A DNA stretch of 64,000 bases from contig NC_090332.1 of NCBI RefSeq assembly GCF_035084215.1, forward strand, positions 9,052,001-9,116,000. Direction: 5' to 3'. Within the stretch, counting starts at the first letter, position 1; each line of letters opens with the position of its first letter. Source of the stretch: Heptranchias perlo (Eukaryota). Under the pieces are notes generated by a model. That model ran no database searches and was not told the DNA's origin. It worked only from the letters and a program-made list of their open reading frames with translations. The translations under genes and the position numbers were made by a program. Of this stretch, positions 1 to 14,800 are shown one piece after another.

Positions 1-1794
1 GTCACTGTGGCAAAACTAGCTCTAGTGAAGGTGAAAGATGGATAATGGATGAAGGTACGGTGGAATCAGAATGACATGGGGCCTGGTGACATGTTATTGT
101 CAGAGGCCCTTTGCAGCCAGACAGATGACTGGATCTACTTGTTCTTATGCCAAAATCCCAAAGTCTAACGTCCCTGATGTCTTCCTGTAAGAAATGTAGA
201 GATGTGAAAGAAGGGGGTGAGTGAATCGAGCTGAAGCCAGAAGAAGGTTCCCTGAATTAATAACTCGTGAGCCTCTTTTTGTGATTCATTATGATGAGGT
301 AAAAAGCATAAAACGAGAAAAGGGCGGAAGGTCAGCCAAAGAAACCTTGAAAAATGCCAGAAGGGAGATACTTTATTTGAACAGTAAAGATTACAGACTA
401 AAGCACACAGATTGCCTGGGGAAGGAAGCGATCTTGTTTTTCTGCCCAATATGGAGGACCCAGAAATAATGTTTATGCACAGCAGAGAATGTTATGTGCT
501 TGTGTTTTATGACTAATAATCACAAAGGCAGCCAGTTGTGCTTGTATAACAGATTAGGAGTTCTCTAAGTCAAACAAGACGGGTGCATTCCTGACCAGAA
601 TGGTAGGTGACTCAGTCTCAGGCCCATTCTGACTTTGTGCCCTTTCTATTAGGGCTCATCCTTCTGATACTCAACACACTGTATGGGGCGATATGATAGA
701 AATGTTTAAAATTGTGAAAGATGGGACAAGGTAGAAGTAGACTGTTGCCAGTAGTTGTGGGGTCAAGAACAAGGGGCCATAGATACAAGATTAAATGAAA
801 GAAATTTTGAACAGGGAGCAAGATAAACTTCTTTACACAAGAGAGTTGTGAAGCGACGGAATTCACTTCCAGGGTTAGTGGCTGAGGCACAGAGTTCTGT
901 AGTGACAAGTGACCCACGTCTTTATCCACGACAGGCCTCAGCCCAGTCATTTGCTCCAAATGTTGATGGAGTGGTTCAAGCTAAGAGGTAAGAGGTGCCA
1001 GGCACCAGAGAGCAGCGGTAGCAGTAAATACAATGTAAGTAAGTACCAATATGGTTTATCTTTATTTCTATTTTAATAACTTTTGCTGAATGTGGCAAGT
1101 GCCAGGATATCGGATCTGGCCCACTAAATAAAATGAGTTTGACACCCCTGGGGTAGGAACTTAATACCAATTTGAATGCATCATAATACAGCTAGAAAGA
1201 ATGTGCTTCTTTTATTGCTTGTTGCCATCCAGGGACCCATCCTCCTCATACACACATTTTACTTGACAATTTCAAATGTGTAAAGTGGATAGAAAAAAAA
1301 TTGCATTCATCACGCCTCTTGTTTCACATATTACTTCGAAATGCAGTGACTGTTGTTGCATAGGCAAACTCAGCAGCCATTTGCACATAGCAAAATCCAA
1401 CAGCAACGAGATGAATTGCTAACCACATTTTTGGTGATTGGTTAAGGGAGAAATGATGGGTATGATATCGAGGAAACTCCCTGTTCTTTCTTGAATAGTG
1501 CTAAGTGAACTTCAGTGTCTACCTCATAAGCCATCAGAATAGAATTCCAAAGGAGGACATCTTTGACAAGGCAGCACTGCCTCTGAACTGCACGAACTAT
1601 CAGGCAAGATTATGAACTTAAAACCCTGGAATGGGCTTAAACCCTCAACCCGCTGACACAGAGGTGAGACAGAACTGCTGCAAGCTGACACCTTTGTGCT
1701 CTATAAAGCACAAAGATTACTATTATAATTGTTATGGAATTAGAATGCAGATGTCCTCGACTCCTGCTTGCTAAGCTTCATAAAAAACAACAAA

Positions 1795-2365
1795 GCAGCT
1801 CTCCCAAAGGACTAGTGCGCAAAGGCACTTAAGTCATTTAGACCAGGAAGATCCTAGGCTCAATCTCCAGTCTATGCTGAGTTACCTGATCTCACCCAGG
1901 TTGGTGCGCTGCAACTATCCTCAACACTCTGGGCTTAGGAAGGGGGAAGAATTAGGATAGTGGAAATCTGGAAAACTCTCCTCCAAAAAGCTGTTGAAGC
2001 TGGGGGTCAGTTGAAAATTTCAAAACCAAGATTGATAGATTTTTGTTGGGTAAGGGTAGTAAGGGATATGGAACCAAGGCGGGTAAATGGAGTCGAGATA
2101 CAGATCAGCCATGATTGAATTGAATGGCAGAACAGGCTTGAGAGGCTGAACTCCTGTTCCTATGTTTCTATCAGCAAGGGTTCCTGCTGCTAATTGCTAT
2201 CCAATGTTCCCTGCTGGAAAGTGCATTTGTGTGGACAGGATTGAACTCTGCTACGACACCTCCACATACAGTACTCGCATGAAAAAAGAGCACGAGTGAG
2301 GTTCTGAAGAGTGTCTGGAACCTGTCGAAATGTGCCTCAACCTGAGTCAGCTCCTTCAGGAAGAA
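1795..2365 (+). mobile_element. tRNA-type SINE (AmnSINE2-like), interrupted by a CR1 3' tail at about 1955-2170
   Basis: Core GGTTCCTGCT..ATCCA.TG.CCCTGCTGGAAAGTGC recurs at about 6705-6925, 11090-11470, 14200-14400, 17020-17420, 28985-29280, 31105-31340, 31815-32040, 42095-42280, 45640-45905, 46590-46830 and 52300-52570. Confidence 0.65.
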
Positions 2366-2752
2366 AATGGAGCAATATAGTGAAATGTGTTAAAACAAAA
2401 GCAGAAAGCACTAAAAGAGGAAGGAGAGTTTCGCACACTTAGCAGGGAGTGTGTTTCCCTTGGCCTGGGTAGCTGCAGATTAGGCCAGTCTGTAATCCTG
2501 TGTTTTCAATGGAGCTGTTCCAGCATGTCTACTACTGATGTCACTGAGAGGTCTACCAGCGAGAAGATCTAAAATGGTGCTAACTATACAAAATACATAA
2601 ATAAATTTAAATAACGATGACCCCAGGAAGGATGAGAGCACAATGTTCTTTCAGTGAAAAAGCCGCTCTGTTCCTTTGAAATGTCAGCAGTTATGCATTG
2701 ATGTTTTATTAATACACACATTTCAAACATAGCTGTGCTGCTCTAAACTCAC

Positions 2753-2880
2753 CACTTGCAGTAGCGCAATGTTTTCTCGCAAGGCCCCAATGCAGCCGCA
2801 GAAGGTGATTAAAAACATAATGGCTCCGACCACAATCATAATTATCGCAGGATCAATTACAAAGGTATCCCGTACAGCGT
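2753..2880 (-). CDS. TSPAN33-like coding exon 3
   Basis: tttcag|DAVRDTFVIDPAI...FCGCIGALRENIALLQV|gtgagt, 128 nt. Confidence 0.93.
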
Positions 2881-5800
2881 CTGAAAGAAAACCAGAGCGG
2901 CAGTCATTCAGTGGACTCAATGGAGTAGATCTTGACTTTGTGCGATAGTGTAAAACGGGTGATAACGAGTCGGCAGCCCATTTTATATCTCCCGATTTTT
3001 ATTTCCATTAACTTCAATAAAAATCAGTATAGATAGGAAGGAAACCTGCCTTCATTACCCCGTCTGGCCTATATGTGATTCTAGATGACTGTTAACTGCC
3101 CTCCAAAGTGGCCTGGCAAGCCACTCAGTTGTCTCAAACCACATTGGGATGAGCAATAAATGCCGGACTAGCTATCAATGCCCACATCCCAAGAATTATT
3201 TTTTTAAAAGGTGAAAATCTCCCAATACAACCACAGTACTTTTGCTCCATGCTTCCCTGATTCTTTACCCTCTCCCCTTCACCCCACTACATCACTACTG
3301 TCAGGAAGTCTGTAGACAACTCCTACCAGAACTCCTGCCTGATCACCCTTACTGAAATCCCTTCTTTCCATTGCTGTAATTCCATCTTTTATCAATATTG
3401 CTACTCCCCGTACTACTTTCCCAATTTCTTTGCCCTTTCTAAAGATCCTATAGCCTGGAATATTTAGCTCACAATCATGCTCAGGTTGTAGCCAGGTTTC
3501 TGTAATGGCTACTACATCATACCCTTTAAGCTGAATTTGTGCTTCTAACTTTCTTGTTTTATTTCTTATGCTACATGTATTAATACACATATTTGTGTTC
3601 TTATGCTACATGTATTTGTGTACAGAACTCTGATTTGGATAACTAACCCCATGCTGCAGGTCTTTTTCTCACACTTTTAGTGGTTGGGGAATCAAAAAGC
3701 CTGGAATCATTTAAGAAATAGTTGGATGGTGTGACATTAGGACTGTAGGCTTTTCTAGTTGGATATAATCCAATTTCAAGGTTGAGATGTCCACCTGTAC
3801 CCTGCTATCCCGTCTAAGATAAAAATCAAAATGTAAAATAGTTGGCCTTTGATTCCCCACTCAGAATTATATAGTGGGATGGAGGCTTGTGCTTCAGAAC
3901 TATCCATGCCTCTAGCCAAACTGTTCCAGTACAGCTACAACATTGGCATCTACCTGACAATGTGGAAAATTGCCCAGGTAGGTCCTGTCCACAAAAAGCA
4001 GGACGAATCCAGTCCAGCCAATTACCACCCCATCAGTCTACTCTCAATCATCAGCAAAGTGATGGAAGGCGTTGTCGACAGTGCTATCAAGCGGTACTTA
4101 CCAATAACCTGCTCACCGATGCTCAGTTTGGGTTCCGCCAGGACCACTCGGCTCCAGACCTCATTACAGCCTTGGTTCAAACATGGACAAAAGAGCTGAA
4201 TTCTAGAAGTGAGGTGAGAGTAACTGCCCATGATATCAAGGCAGCATTTGACCGAGTGTGGCACCAAGGAGCCCTAGTAAAATTGAAGTCAATGGGAATG
4301 AGGGGGAAAACTCTCCAGTGGCTGGAGTCATACCTAGCACAAAGGAAGATGGTGGTGGTTGTGGGAGGCCAATCATCTTAACCCCAGGACATTACTGCAG
4401 GAGTTCCTCAGGGCAGTGTTCTAGGCCCAACCATCTTCAGCTGCTTCATCAATGACCTTCACTCCATCATAAGGTCAGAAATGGGGATGTTCGCTGATGA
4501 TTGCACAGTGTTCAGTTCCATTTGCAACCCCTCAGATAATGAAGCAGTCCGTGCCAGCATGCAGCAAGACCTGGACAACATCCAGGCTTGGGCTGATAAG
4601 TGGCAAGTAACATTCGCGCCAGACAAGTGCCAGGCAATGACCATCTCCAACGAGGGAGTCTAAACACCTCCCCTTGACATTCAGTGGCATTACCATCACC
4701 GAATCCCCCACCATCAACATCCTGGGGGTCACCATTGACCAGAAACCTAACTGGACCGACCACATAAATACTGTGGCTACAAGAGCAGGTCAGAGGCTGG
4801 GTATTCTGCGGCGAGTGACTCACCTCCTGACTCCCCAGAGCCTTTCCACCATCTACAAGTTACAAGTCAGGAGTGTGATGGAATACTCTCCACTTGCCTG
4901 GATGAGTGCAGCTGCAACAATACTCGACACCATCCAGGACAAAGCAGCCCGCTTGATTGGCACCCCTTCCACCACCCTAAACATTCACTCCCTCCACCAC
5001 TGGCGCACAATGGCTGCAGTGTGTACCATCCACAGGATGCACTGCAGCAACTCACCAAGGCTTCTTCGACAGCACCTCCCAAACCCGCGACCTCTACCAC
5101 CTAGAAGGACAAGGGCAGCAGGCACGTGGGAACAACACCGCCTGCACGTTCCCCCCCCCCAAGTCACACACCATCCCGACTTGGAAATATATCGCCACTC
5201 CTTCATCGTCGCTGGGTCAAAATCCTGGAACTCCTTACCTAACTAGCACTATGGGAGAACCTTCACCACACAGACTGCAGCGGTTCAAGAACGCGGCTCA
5301 CCACCACCTCAAGGGCAATTAGGGATGGACAATAAATGCTGGCCTTGCCAGCGACGCCCACATCCCATGAACTAATAAAAAAAAGGTGCTTTTTCATATA
5401 TTTATGGTACTATTGAGGTATGGATCTTTGAAACTCATGTAAGACTTGCATTTGCTGGGAGACCTAGTTCATGTACTTAGATCACAGGGGATATAATCTT
5501 GTATCTAGAATGAATATGGAATTGTTATAACTCATCTTCGCTGGTGTAGTATGTGCTAGGCTAAATGCAAAACTGCTATATCTGACCTTCATTGCAGAGA
5601 TGCTCTGTATATGTTTAGAATGTACATAGAACTACTGTGCCTGATCATTGCTGGTATATGTGTAGAATACAGAAGTTACTACAAAGTTTAGGAGTTATAG
5701 CTACTTTGAAATTCCAAGTTGCCCAATGCAGGGTTTTGAAGATTCTCTGAACCTTATTGTCCATATAACAGAATAAAGGGGAAGCTTCTCACCTACCTGT

Positions 5801-8800
5801 GGCTTTCTGAATCTTAGCGTATATCCCTACAGCAACAATCACCAGTGAGATGATCTGCAAGGAAAGAAAATAAATAGAAAACTGTCTGAACATCAAAGGT
5901 GTGAACATCAGTGACCTCTGCTCACTTAACCAGAAGCAAACACTAGGCTTATTAAAACAGGAGGATTTTTTTTTTGCAGCATTCAAATGATAATAGCAAA
6001 AGGTATTCCAGGAGATAGTTGCATTACACCAAGTGATTAATATAGCTTTAAAGTACAGTTACTTAACCAATATGCCATATGACACAGACAACATTGTGCT
6101 GGAATAGCTCCATTTCCACAGGAATGTAAGTGAGTTCTGCAGCTCTCTGCCAAGTCCAACCTTGATATCCAGTAGCACGTACTAAGAAGTGAATATATAA
6201 CCCTAAATCCTTCCAGCTTTTGCTGCCTATGTAACTCTCACAGAAGAAGGGAAACATCTACAGGAAATGTAAACATTTCTCCCATGTTGTCCTGAAAGAA
6301 CCAACCCATACTATGGCACAGTTCCACAGAAACTGATTGCCCTGTGTAACCTCTGATTTTTTCTCAAAGCTCATCTCCCTTACACTTGGGATCAAGATTG
6401 TTGCTCTTGTTTGTACCTATTCTGCTGCCTGTACATCTTTTTTGTAGTGTGGTGACCAGAACTCAACACAACACAATACAAGTGTGGTCTTACTAGTGCA
6501 TTATAAAACCTTACCATAATCTATGTAGGCTTGTGTTCTACTGATCTGATTATACATCCCAGAATTCTATTATCTCTTTAAATTGCTTTGTCAAATTATC
6601 TAGATATTGAAAATGATGAGTTTATGACTCCCAGCCCCTTTTCTATGTTCACCTCTGTTGGATTATGACATTCATTTGTTTTTCAAACTATTTACATATC
6701 CTCTCCATCTGGCAGCCCTTCATTACCTTGCCTAAGTGCATGTTCAGATCCTAAGCAGTGAGTGTTGGCAGGCTATTCAACAGCGCAGGGCATCACAGCT
6801 GAGTCTGTTTGTCCTAAACTGACATCGACACATGTGCACTTTCCAGGGGAATTCACCCGGGCTGCTCTTGTGCACCTTCTGGTGGATGTTCCAAGAGCAG
6901 CAATAGGAGAGCTTGGAATAGGAGAGGTTGATTCCCCACTCTTTTGGGTAGGAAACGACAATGGTATGGAAAGACCTGGGGTAGGGGAATACATTTAAAT
7001 GAGATGGAGGCGGAAATAGTGTACTGTACATTTTCTATGAATTAATGAAGAGAGGGAAGTGCTACGTTACTGCTTAATGACTTCTCCATAGATAGCAACA
7101 ACAACTTGCACTTATATAGCACCTTCAACATAGAAAACGTCCCAAGGTGCTACACAGAGGTGTAATGAAAAAAAAATGGATGGCGAGCCAAAGAAGGAGA
7201 TATTAGTAGAGATAACCAAAAGGTTAGTCACAGAGGTGAGTTAAAGGTCTTCAAGGAGCGGAGGGAGGTAAAATGACCGAGGGGTTTAGAGAGGAATTCC
7301 AGAGCATGAGATCTAGGTGGCTTAAGGCACGGCTAATGGTATGACAAAGTGGGGGATACACAAGAGGAATGCTGGATTCTTGAAGGGTGTAGAGCTAGAG
7401 GAGGTTACAGAAATAAGAAGGGGCGAGGCCATGAAGGGATTTAAAGACAAGGATGAGAATTTTAAATATGAGGCATTGGGGCCTTTTTTTTATTCGTTCA
7501 TGGGATGTGGGCGTTGCTGGCGAGGCCAGCATTTATTGCTGATCCCTAATTGCCCTTGAGAAGGTGGTGGTGAGCCGCCTTCTTGAACTGCTGCAGTATG
7601 TGTGGTGAAGGTTCTCCCACAGTGCTGTTAGGAAGGGAGTTCCAGGATTTTGACCCAGCGATGATGAAGGAATGGTGATATATTTCCAAGTCGGGATGGT
7701 GTGGGACTTGGAAGAGATCGTGCAGGTGGTGGTGTTCCCACATGCCTGCTGCCCTTGTCCTTCTAGGTGGTAGAGGTCGTGGGCTTAGGACGTGCTGTCG
7801 AAGAAGCCTTGGTGAGTTGCTGCAGTGCATCCTGTGGATGGTACACACTGCAGCCACAGTGCGCCGGTGGTGAAGGGAGTGAATGTTTAGGATGGTGGAA
7901 GGAGTGCCAATCAAGCGGGCTGCTTTGTCCTGGATGGTGTCAAGCTTCTTGAGTGTTTTGGAGCTGCACTCATCCAAGCAAGTGGAGAGTATTCCATCAC
8001 ACCCCTGACTTGTGCCTTGTAGATGGTGGAAAGGCTTTGGGGAGTCAGGAGGTGAGTTACTCACCGCAGAATACCCAGCCTCTGACCCACTCTTGAAACC
8101 ACAGTATTTATATGGCTGGTCCAGTTAAGTTTCTGGTCATTGGTGACCCCCAGGATGTTGATGGTGGGGGATTTGCAATGATAATGCCGTTGAATGTCAA
8201 GGGGAGGTGATTAGACACTCTCTTGTTGGAGATGGTCATTGCCTGGCATTTGTCTGGCGTGAATGTAACTTGCCATTTATCAGCCCAAGCCTGGATGTTG
8301 TCCAGGTCTTGCTGCATGCCGGCGCGGACTGCTTCATTGTCTGAGGGGTTGCGAATGGAACTGAACACTGCAATCATCAGCGAACATCCCCATTTCTGAC
8401 CTTATGTTGGAGGGTAGGTCATTGATGAAGCAGCTGAAGATGGTTGGGCCTAGGACATTGCCCTGAGGAACTCCTGCAGCAATGTCCTGGGGCTGAGATG
8501 ATTGGCCTCCAACAACCACTACCATCCTCCTTTGTGCTAGGTATGACTCCAGCCAGTGGAGAGTTTTCTCCCTGATTCCCATTGACTTCAATTTTACTAG
8601 GGTTCCTTGGTGCCACACTCAGTCAAAAGCTGCCTTGATGTCAAGGGCAGTCACTCTTACCTTACCTCTGGAATTCAGCTCTTTTGTTCATGTTTGGACC
8701 AAGGCTGCAATGAGGTCTGGAGCCGAGTGGTCCCGGCGGAACCCAAACTGAGCATCGGTGAGCAGGTTATTGGTGAGTAAGTGCCTCTTGATAGCACTGT

Positions 8801-11800
8801 CAACGACACCTTCCATCACTTTGCTGATGATTGAGAGTAGACTGATGTGGCGGCAATTGGCCGGATTGGATTTGTCCTGCTTTTTGTGGACAGGACATAC
8901 CTGGGCAATTTTCCACATTGTCGGGTGTTGTAGCTGTACTGGAACAGTTTGGCTAGAGGCGCGGCTTGTTCTGGAGCACAAGCCTTCAGCACTATAACCG
9001 GGATGCTGTCGGGGCCCATAGCCTTTGCTGTACGCAGTGCACTCAGCCGTTTCTTGATATCATGTGGAGTGAATCAAATTGGCTGAAGACTGGCTTCTGT
9101 GATGGTGGGGATATCGGGAGGAGGCCTTGTGGGGATGTTTACGAGCCTCCTCCTCCCGTTAGTTGTTTAATTGTCCACCACCATTCACGACAGGCCTGGG
9201 AGCCTAAGTAGGTCAGCAAGGACAGGGGTAGTGGGAGAGCGGGACTTGGTATGGGATAGGATAGGGGCAGCATAATTGTGCATGAGCTCGAGTTTACAGA
9301 AAGTGGAGTATGGGTGGCCAGCCAGGAGAATAATGGATTAGTTGAGTCTGGAGGTGACAAAAGGCATAGATGAGGGTTTCAACAGCAGACGGGTTGAGTT
9401 GGGGGGTGGGTTCAATGTTATGGAGGTGGAAGTAGGTATTTGTGATGGAGAGGATATCGGGTCAGAAACTCAGTTCAGGGTTGAATAAAACGCCGAGCTT
9501 GCTAACAATCTGGTACAACCCGAGACAGTGGCCGGAGAGGGGGATGGAATCAGTATCAAAGTTATGGGTTTGTGGTAAAGGCTGAAAAAAAACGGGAATC
9601 AAAACTTTGCTCTGAAGTGAGACTGGATTCTGAGGGAGAATTAGATGGTTTTCATTTGACTTTCTTTGTGTGGTTTTATGTATTACAAATGTTCTAAATT
9701 ACTGAAAGCCACTGAACACTAAGGATACTTTTTTACTCCTTTTCTTTATCTATTTCCCCTGGTTGGTTTCTTCCCAAGACTGAACTCTCTAGAATACTAT
9801 ACCATGAATATCTGAACCCATAGGCACCTCTGAGCTATATCTACAGAGGTTCCTTGTGCCTTGCATAATCAAATACTCCCTGCCTTCAAATACTACAGAT
9901 GCTCACGCACTGACTGTCCCTATAGATGTGTATCCCTCACACCACATGCTGCTGTCTTTCCAAAGTACTTAATCTTAAAGAGAAATGAATACCTTCCAGA
10001 GGCACATCACAAGATTGGAAACTGGGGGTCATACAGCAGAATTACATTGCATTAGAAGGTGTTACTGATGAACGCACTCTATTATTTTTGGTGGGAGACA
10101 TGGGCAGTAGAATACACAGATAAATAGAGTGAACAGTCAGACAGAAGGGCCCACAGGTTGGCAGTGGGCTACTCAGGCAGCCACCAGTCAGGCAGTTACC
10201 TCAGTCACTTTTGTTCTCTGCTGAGTTGTAAGGTGGACTGGAATCTAGTGAAATCATAAAAGAAAGGCTGAATGCAAAACATGTATACAACAAAAGAAAG
10301 ATTTGCATTTATATTGTGCCTTTCATGACTTCAGGACATCCCAAAGTGCCAATGAAGTACTTTTGAAGTGTAGTCACTATTGTAATGTAGGAATTACAAC
10401 AATTAAGGTTAAGAATTATAAAAGCAACTGGCCAAAATATGCATATTTTATGCATTGTAATAATAAAATACCAAAAACTATGAGTGGACATGTTTGTTGT
10501 GAGTTAAGTGGCAGTGTTTATCTTAGCATAAATTTGACCATGGCAACGTGCTATTTGACAGTAAGTATTACAGAGATAGAGCTGAACTGAACAGTGAATT
10601 GCAAGCTATGTAGCGGTCACTGATCAAAAGTCGAAGCTAGGATCTTTTGATCTGTATGGGTCAGTTGGACTAAATTGGGCTAGCTCCCTTTAATTTGTAT
10701 AATTAACTGTGGTTATTACAAAATAGAATTAACAGGGCAAACTGGTCAATCTGAAAATATAGATATGTCAGTGAGTATGAACACCATCTCATAATCATGG
10801 AAGCTGCTTGCTGTTTTTAATAGTGGCTCGTAGATTATATACATGATGTATGAAGTGCTGAATAAGCAGTAATGAACACAGTAAAGGCAGTGTTCGCAAA
10901 ATCATCACTTGGTCTTAGTCATTCAGCTCGGAATGCAAAGCAGCCACTAGTACCCACAAAAAGAATGAGATTAACTCAGATGAAACACTTTCACAGTCCA
11001 ATTAACATGACACAAAACCAAAAAAAACAACAGTCCAGCAACAACTGTGAGCAGGGCTCAGCTTTAAAATTATTTCCCTCATTCTCCTACAGTTTTCTCT
11101 TGCTGAGGTGCGGCTCCATGGGCCACCCTCCGGATCCTCACCCATGTAGACGTTCTCCATGTGTGAGCATACATTGTCAGCAGGCTATTCACCATGGAAG
11201 GCATCACAGTAGAGCCCAATTCTGTGACATCCATACACGCGCACACATATATATTCCAGCACGTGTCACTGGATAGTATTCAGGAGCAGCAACCCTGGAT
11301 GATTCCCCCCCCCCCCCCGACCTCCTCCCCCTCCCCCTCCTTAGCCCAGGCATGTTGAGGACAATTGTATCACTGCAACTGCTGGCCAGGCTTAATATAG
11401 GCAGCAAAATGAACCTGAGACTTTCTGCTCTGTGTGGCTTAGTACTGCACCAAGCTTTATTCACTGGGTTGTCGAGTGAGATAAAAATATTTTACTACTA
11501 AGAAAATGACTGCTCCTGCACAGTTCTTTCTGAAAGGGAGCCTAAATGGCATTTCATCCTGGGGTTGTGTGATATTGGATAACACGCAATGTCAAGTGTG
11601 TTATGAAGCAGCAACACGTGACTGGTTGATAAAACCTCATAAACAACCATGGCAAGCTCATCCAATGTGTTGCATGTGATGTGACAAATTGTACATGATA
11701 TAAAGGAATATCTTAGCTTCTATTAATTATAAATCTGCATTGAGAGGGTAAAGTGAGGTACAAAGAAAAAACTGCATATGCTGAAAATCTGAAATAAAAA

Positions 11801-14800
11801 CAGGAAACACTGCAAATATACAGTAGGTTCATATCAGCAGCAGAAAAGGCTAACATTTCAGGTAAAGACACTCAGTCAGAACTTAACCTGTCTTCTCTTT
11901 TCAGATGCTGAAAGACTGCTGTGTATTTATACTTCCAACATTTTCTGTTTTTGTTCCATGAAAAAGTGCTAACTAACCCTTTTTTAAAAAAGAAAAAAAG
12001 AGGAATGACAGCCAGAAGACTACATGACATTCTAATCACAATGGTTTATGTTATACTGCAATTGTTCTGTAAAAGCACATAGTCACACAGTTATACATTG
12101 CTGAAGTAGTGCGCGGTATGTGTGGTTCAGCATCTTTACATGATGTAGAGTGATAGAAGGTGAGCCTTACATAGTACCTTACAGAGGATCTGGGGCTGTT
12201 TCTGGCGAGTGATATTGGCTTTTACAGCTCGAGTTGTCTTTTCCAGTAATCTCTTTGAACACTGGATATTTTCAGCCCTATTGTAAGCTCCTAAAGGCAG
12301 GCCATGACCCTCTTGCGGCTGCCTGGGTTATATGGGGAACAATGCTGTGTTTTGGCACTGTTTACACAATAGTGTCATGTGTTTGCAAACAAAACAAAAA
12401 TAAGTTGGTCTTCCAGTAAAATAATATTTTCATTTACATAGCAACTTTCATGTCTTAAAGTGCTCCACAGATTGCTTTTTGAGCAGCAGTGACTGTTGTG
12501 TGAGCAAATGTGGCAGCCATTCTGCACCAACTAAGTGAGCAATACCAGCTGATCTGTATTAGGGGGAGGAAGGAAAGTTGGCCGGGACACTGAGGCAACT
12601 CCCTAAGCCTCTTCAAATAGCGCCATAGAATCCTTAATGTCCACCAGAACAGATGTTCGAAGGACAGAATTTCTAAGTGCCGGCTGTAAAGACTTACAGA
12701 TTGCTCTGAACAGATTCCCCTCAATAAGGAAAGCAGGTTGAGATCTCAGAGGCAGTTTCTCTTTAGAAAGAATGTGCAGCAGCATCACAATCACCTGGAA
12801 CAGCAATTTTTTCAGAAGATAGATTATTCTTAAAGATGAATGCTGCTCATAGCTGTCTTTGTTTTGTATTCACTCGTTTTCTGCTGTGCTAGTTGACTGT
12901 GAAATGTTTAATCTGAGCCAAGATTGAGCTTACCTCCTGTTGTTTGACTGTTTTTATTAATAAATGTTTGACTACAGTGGTTTGGAGTGGGATTCAAGAG
13001 TGCATGTGAAATAATCAAGGGGATAAGGGGAGAAAGTGAAAACAGCATGACTATGATGCCACATGTAGGTGCGTTGTCAGCTCTATTTGCGCATTTCAAT
13101 AAGCAGCAAAGATCTGAAAGGAATGGTCTGTTGCTGGAGGATCCTGTCAGTGTCATTTTGGGATTGGAGCTTCAAACATTCAGTGCATACAACACTGGAG
13201 GGGAAATTCTTCTGTGCATCACACACATATACCCATATACATATAATTGGCACATGGCTTTGACCTTGGATAAATGTAATGCACAGAGTGATATTTTTCT
13301 CCTAGATACCGTGGGGACTGCCATGCCTGACAGGATACCTGAGATCTGTAACATGCCTTGTGGCGAATTGTGGACACAAAATCAGTTCCTAGTGGGCATG
13401 GGCCTATGGCACAGAACTGTCTCTATTTTGGCACTAAATTTGATGACATTAGTGCCCAAAATGGAAACAACAACTTGCATTTATATAGCGCCTTTGACAT
13501 AGTAAAATGTCCCAAGGCACTTCACAGAAGCGATCAGACAAAGTGTTTAATTCCCCAGTATAAAATAGCTGTATGTGAGGAGAGTCTGTGGTTACTAATT
13601 AGTCATTTACTAACTCGCCCTGGAAGTACTCCTACAAATGCTTACCACATTGGCACAATTGTGCCACTCGCCACCCCGTTACCTGTAGACAAGTTACATA
13701 TGTCAGAAACAGATTTGGTTTAACCCCTTTCGGCCAGTGAGTTTTTGCACGAGTCTATTCTTCAAATTAAAAGTTTAACTGCAATCCCATCTGCATGTTC
13801 CAGTGGTTCGGATGGTCATTAAAGATCTACGGCACTATTCAAAGGAGAGCAGCGAGTTCTCCTGGCATCGTAGCCAACATCCCTCACTCGCCATTATCAA
13901 AAACAGATTACCTAGTCATTTATCTCATTATTGTTCGCGGGATCTTGCAATGCGTAAAATGGCTGCCATATTTATCTACATAACAACAACCACTCAATTT
14001 CAAACTAATTAATTGTGTTTAAATGGTTTTGAGATATAGAAAGGCACTATATAAATGCAATTCTTTCTTTTTCTTGGCAACTCTGGAGTACCAGATACAC
14101 CACACCTTGTCTTCAGAAATTGTACTGATTTCAGACTCACTCAGAAGGCACTAACTCCTTCTTTGGATATGGTTCCACAGACAACCCCCTCAGTACTTTC
14201 CCCAAGTAGTCATTTTCCTTGTGTGAACCTAGACAATGAATGTCAGGAGGCATCACAGCTGACTCAAACTTGTCCTTATATAATGGTCACATGCTTGCAC
14301 ACTTCCATCAGGATTCACTGGATAGCGATAAGGAGTGGGATCTTAGCCAATTTTCTCCTCCCACATGGTGAGTTCTTAACTTCAGCTGTGCTTTGGAAGG
14401 GAAGGCAGACTGAGCTAAGAAGCTTCCCTACTGAAAGTAAAAATCAAAGGGGAAGTCCACTCCAGCTCCTCTCACCCAGTGCTCAGAGCATCATTGGCAG
14501 CAAGCTGGGGACAAGTCAAATTAATGGTTTTGAGATGTTCCTGAGAAACACAATATGGTGCTTTTTAAATGCAAGTCTTTTGTTTTACAACTTTGGAGTA
14601 CATTATGGCTCCACTTGGGCCAAAGAGTGATACACGGTGTTGGGGAATGAAGGGGTAATTTATGTGCATGTGTGTGTGTGTGTAGATGTATATTATGTCA
14701 TACCTTTTAAGAAAAATCTTGCTCCAGCACATGTCCATCCTACTCCAAGTGTCACAGTATATGAATGAAGCTGGTCATTTCCTGCTGGTTTTTCTGACCT

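Noticed and set aside
2480-2575. Acceptor-like TTTTAG| followed by IFSLVDLSV.. as tetraspanin exon 4
   Set aside because: It hits a TAA after about 29 codons and has no TM3 similarity. The true exon 4 was not found in the window.
3849-9019. RT ORFs as a retron, DGR or host gene
   Set aside because: Frameshifted, 5'-truncated, multi-copy LINE fragments in a vertebrate intron.
12987-14630. 171-aa and 191-aa ORFs in the tetraspanin intron
   Set aside because: They run through SINE/L2 remnants, with no domain similarity or splice context.
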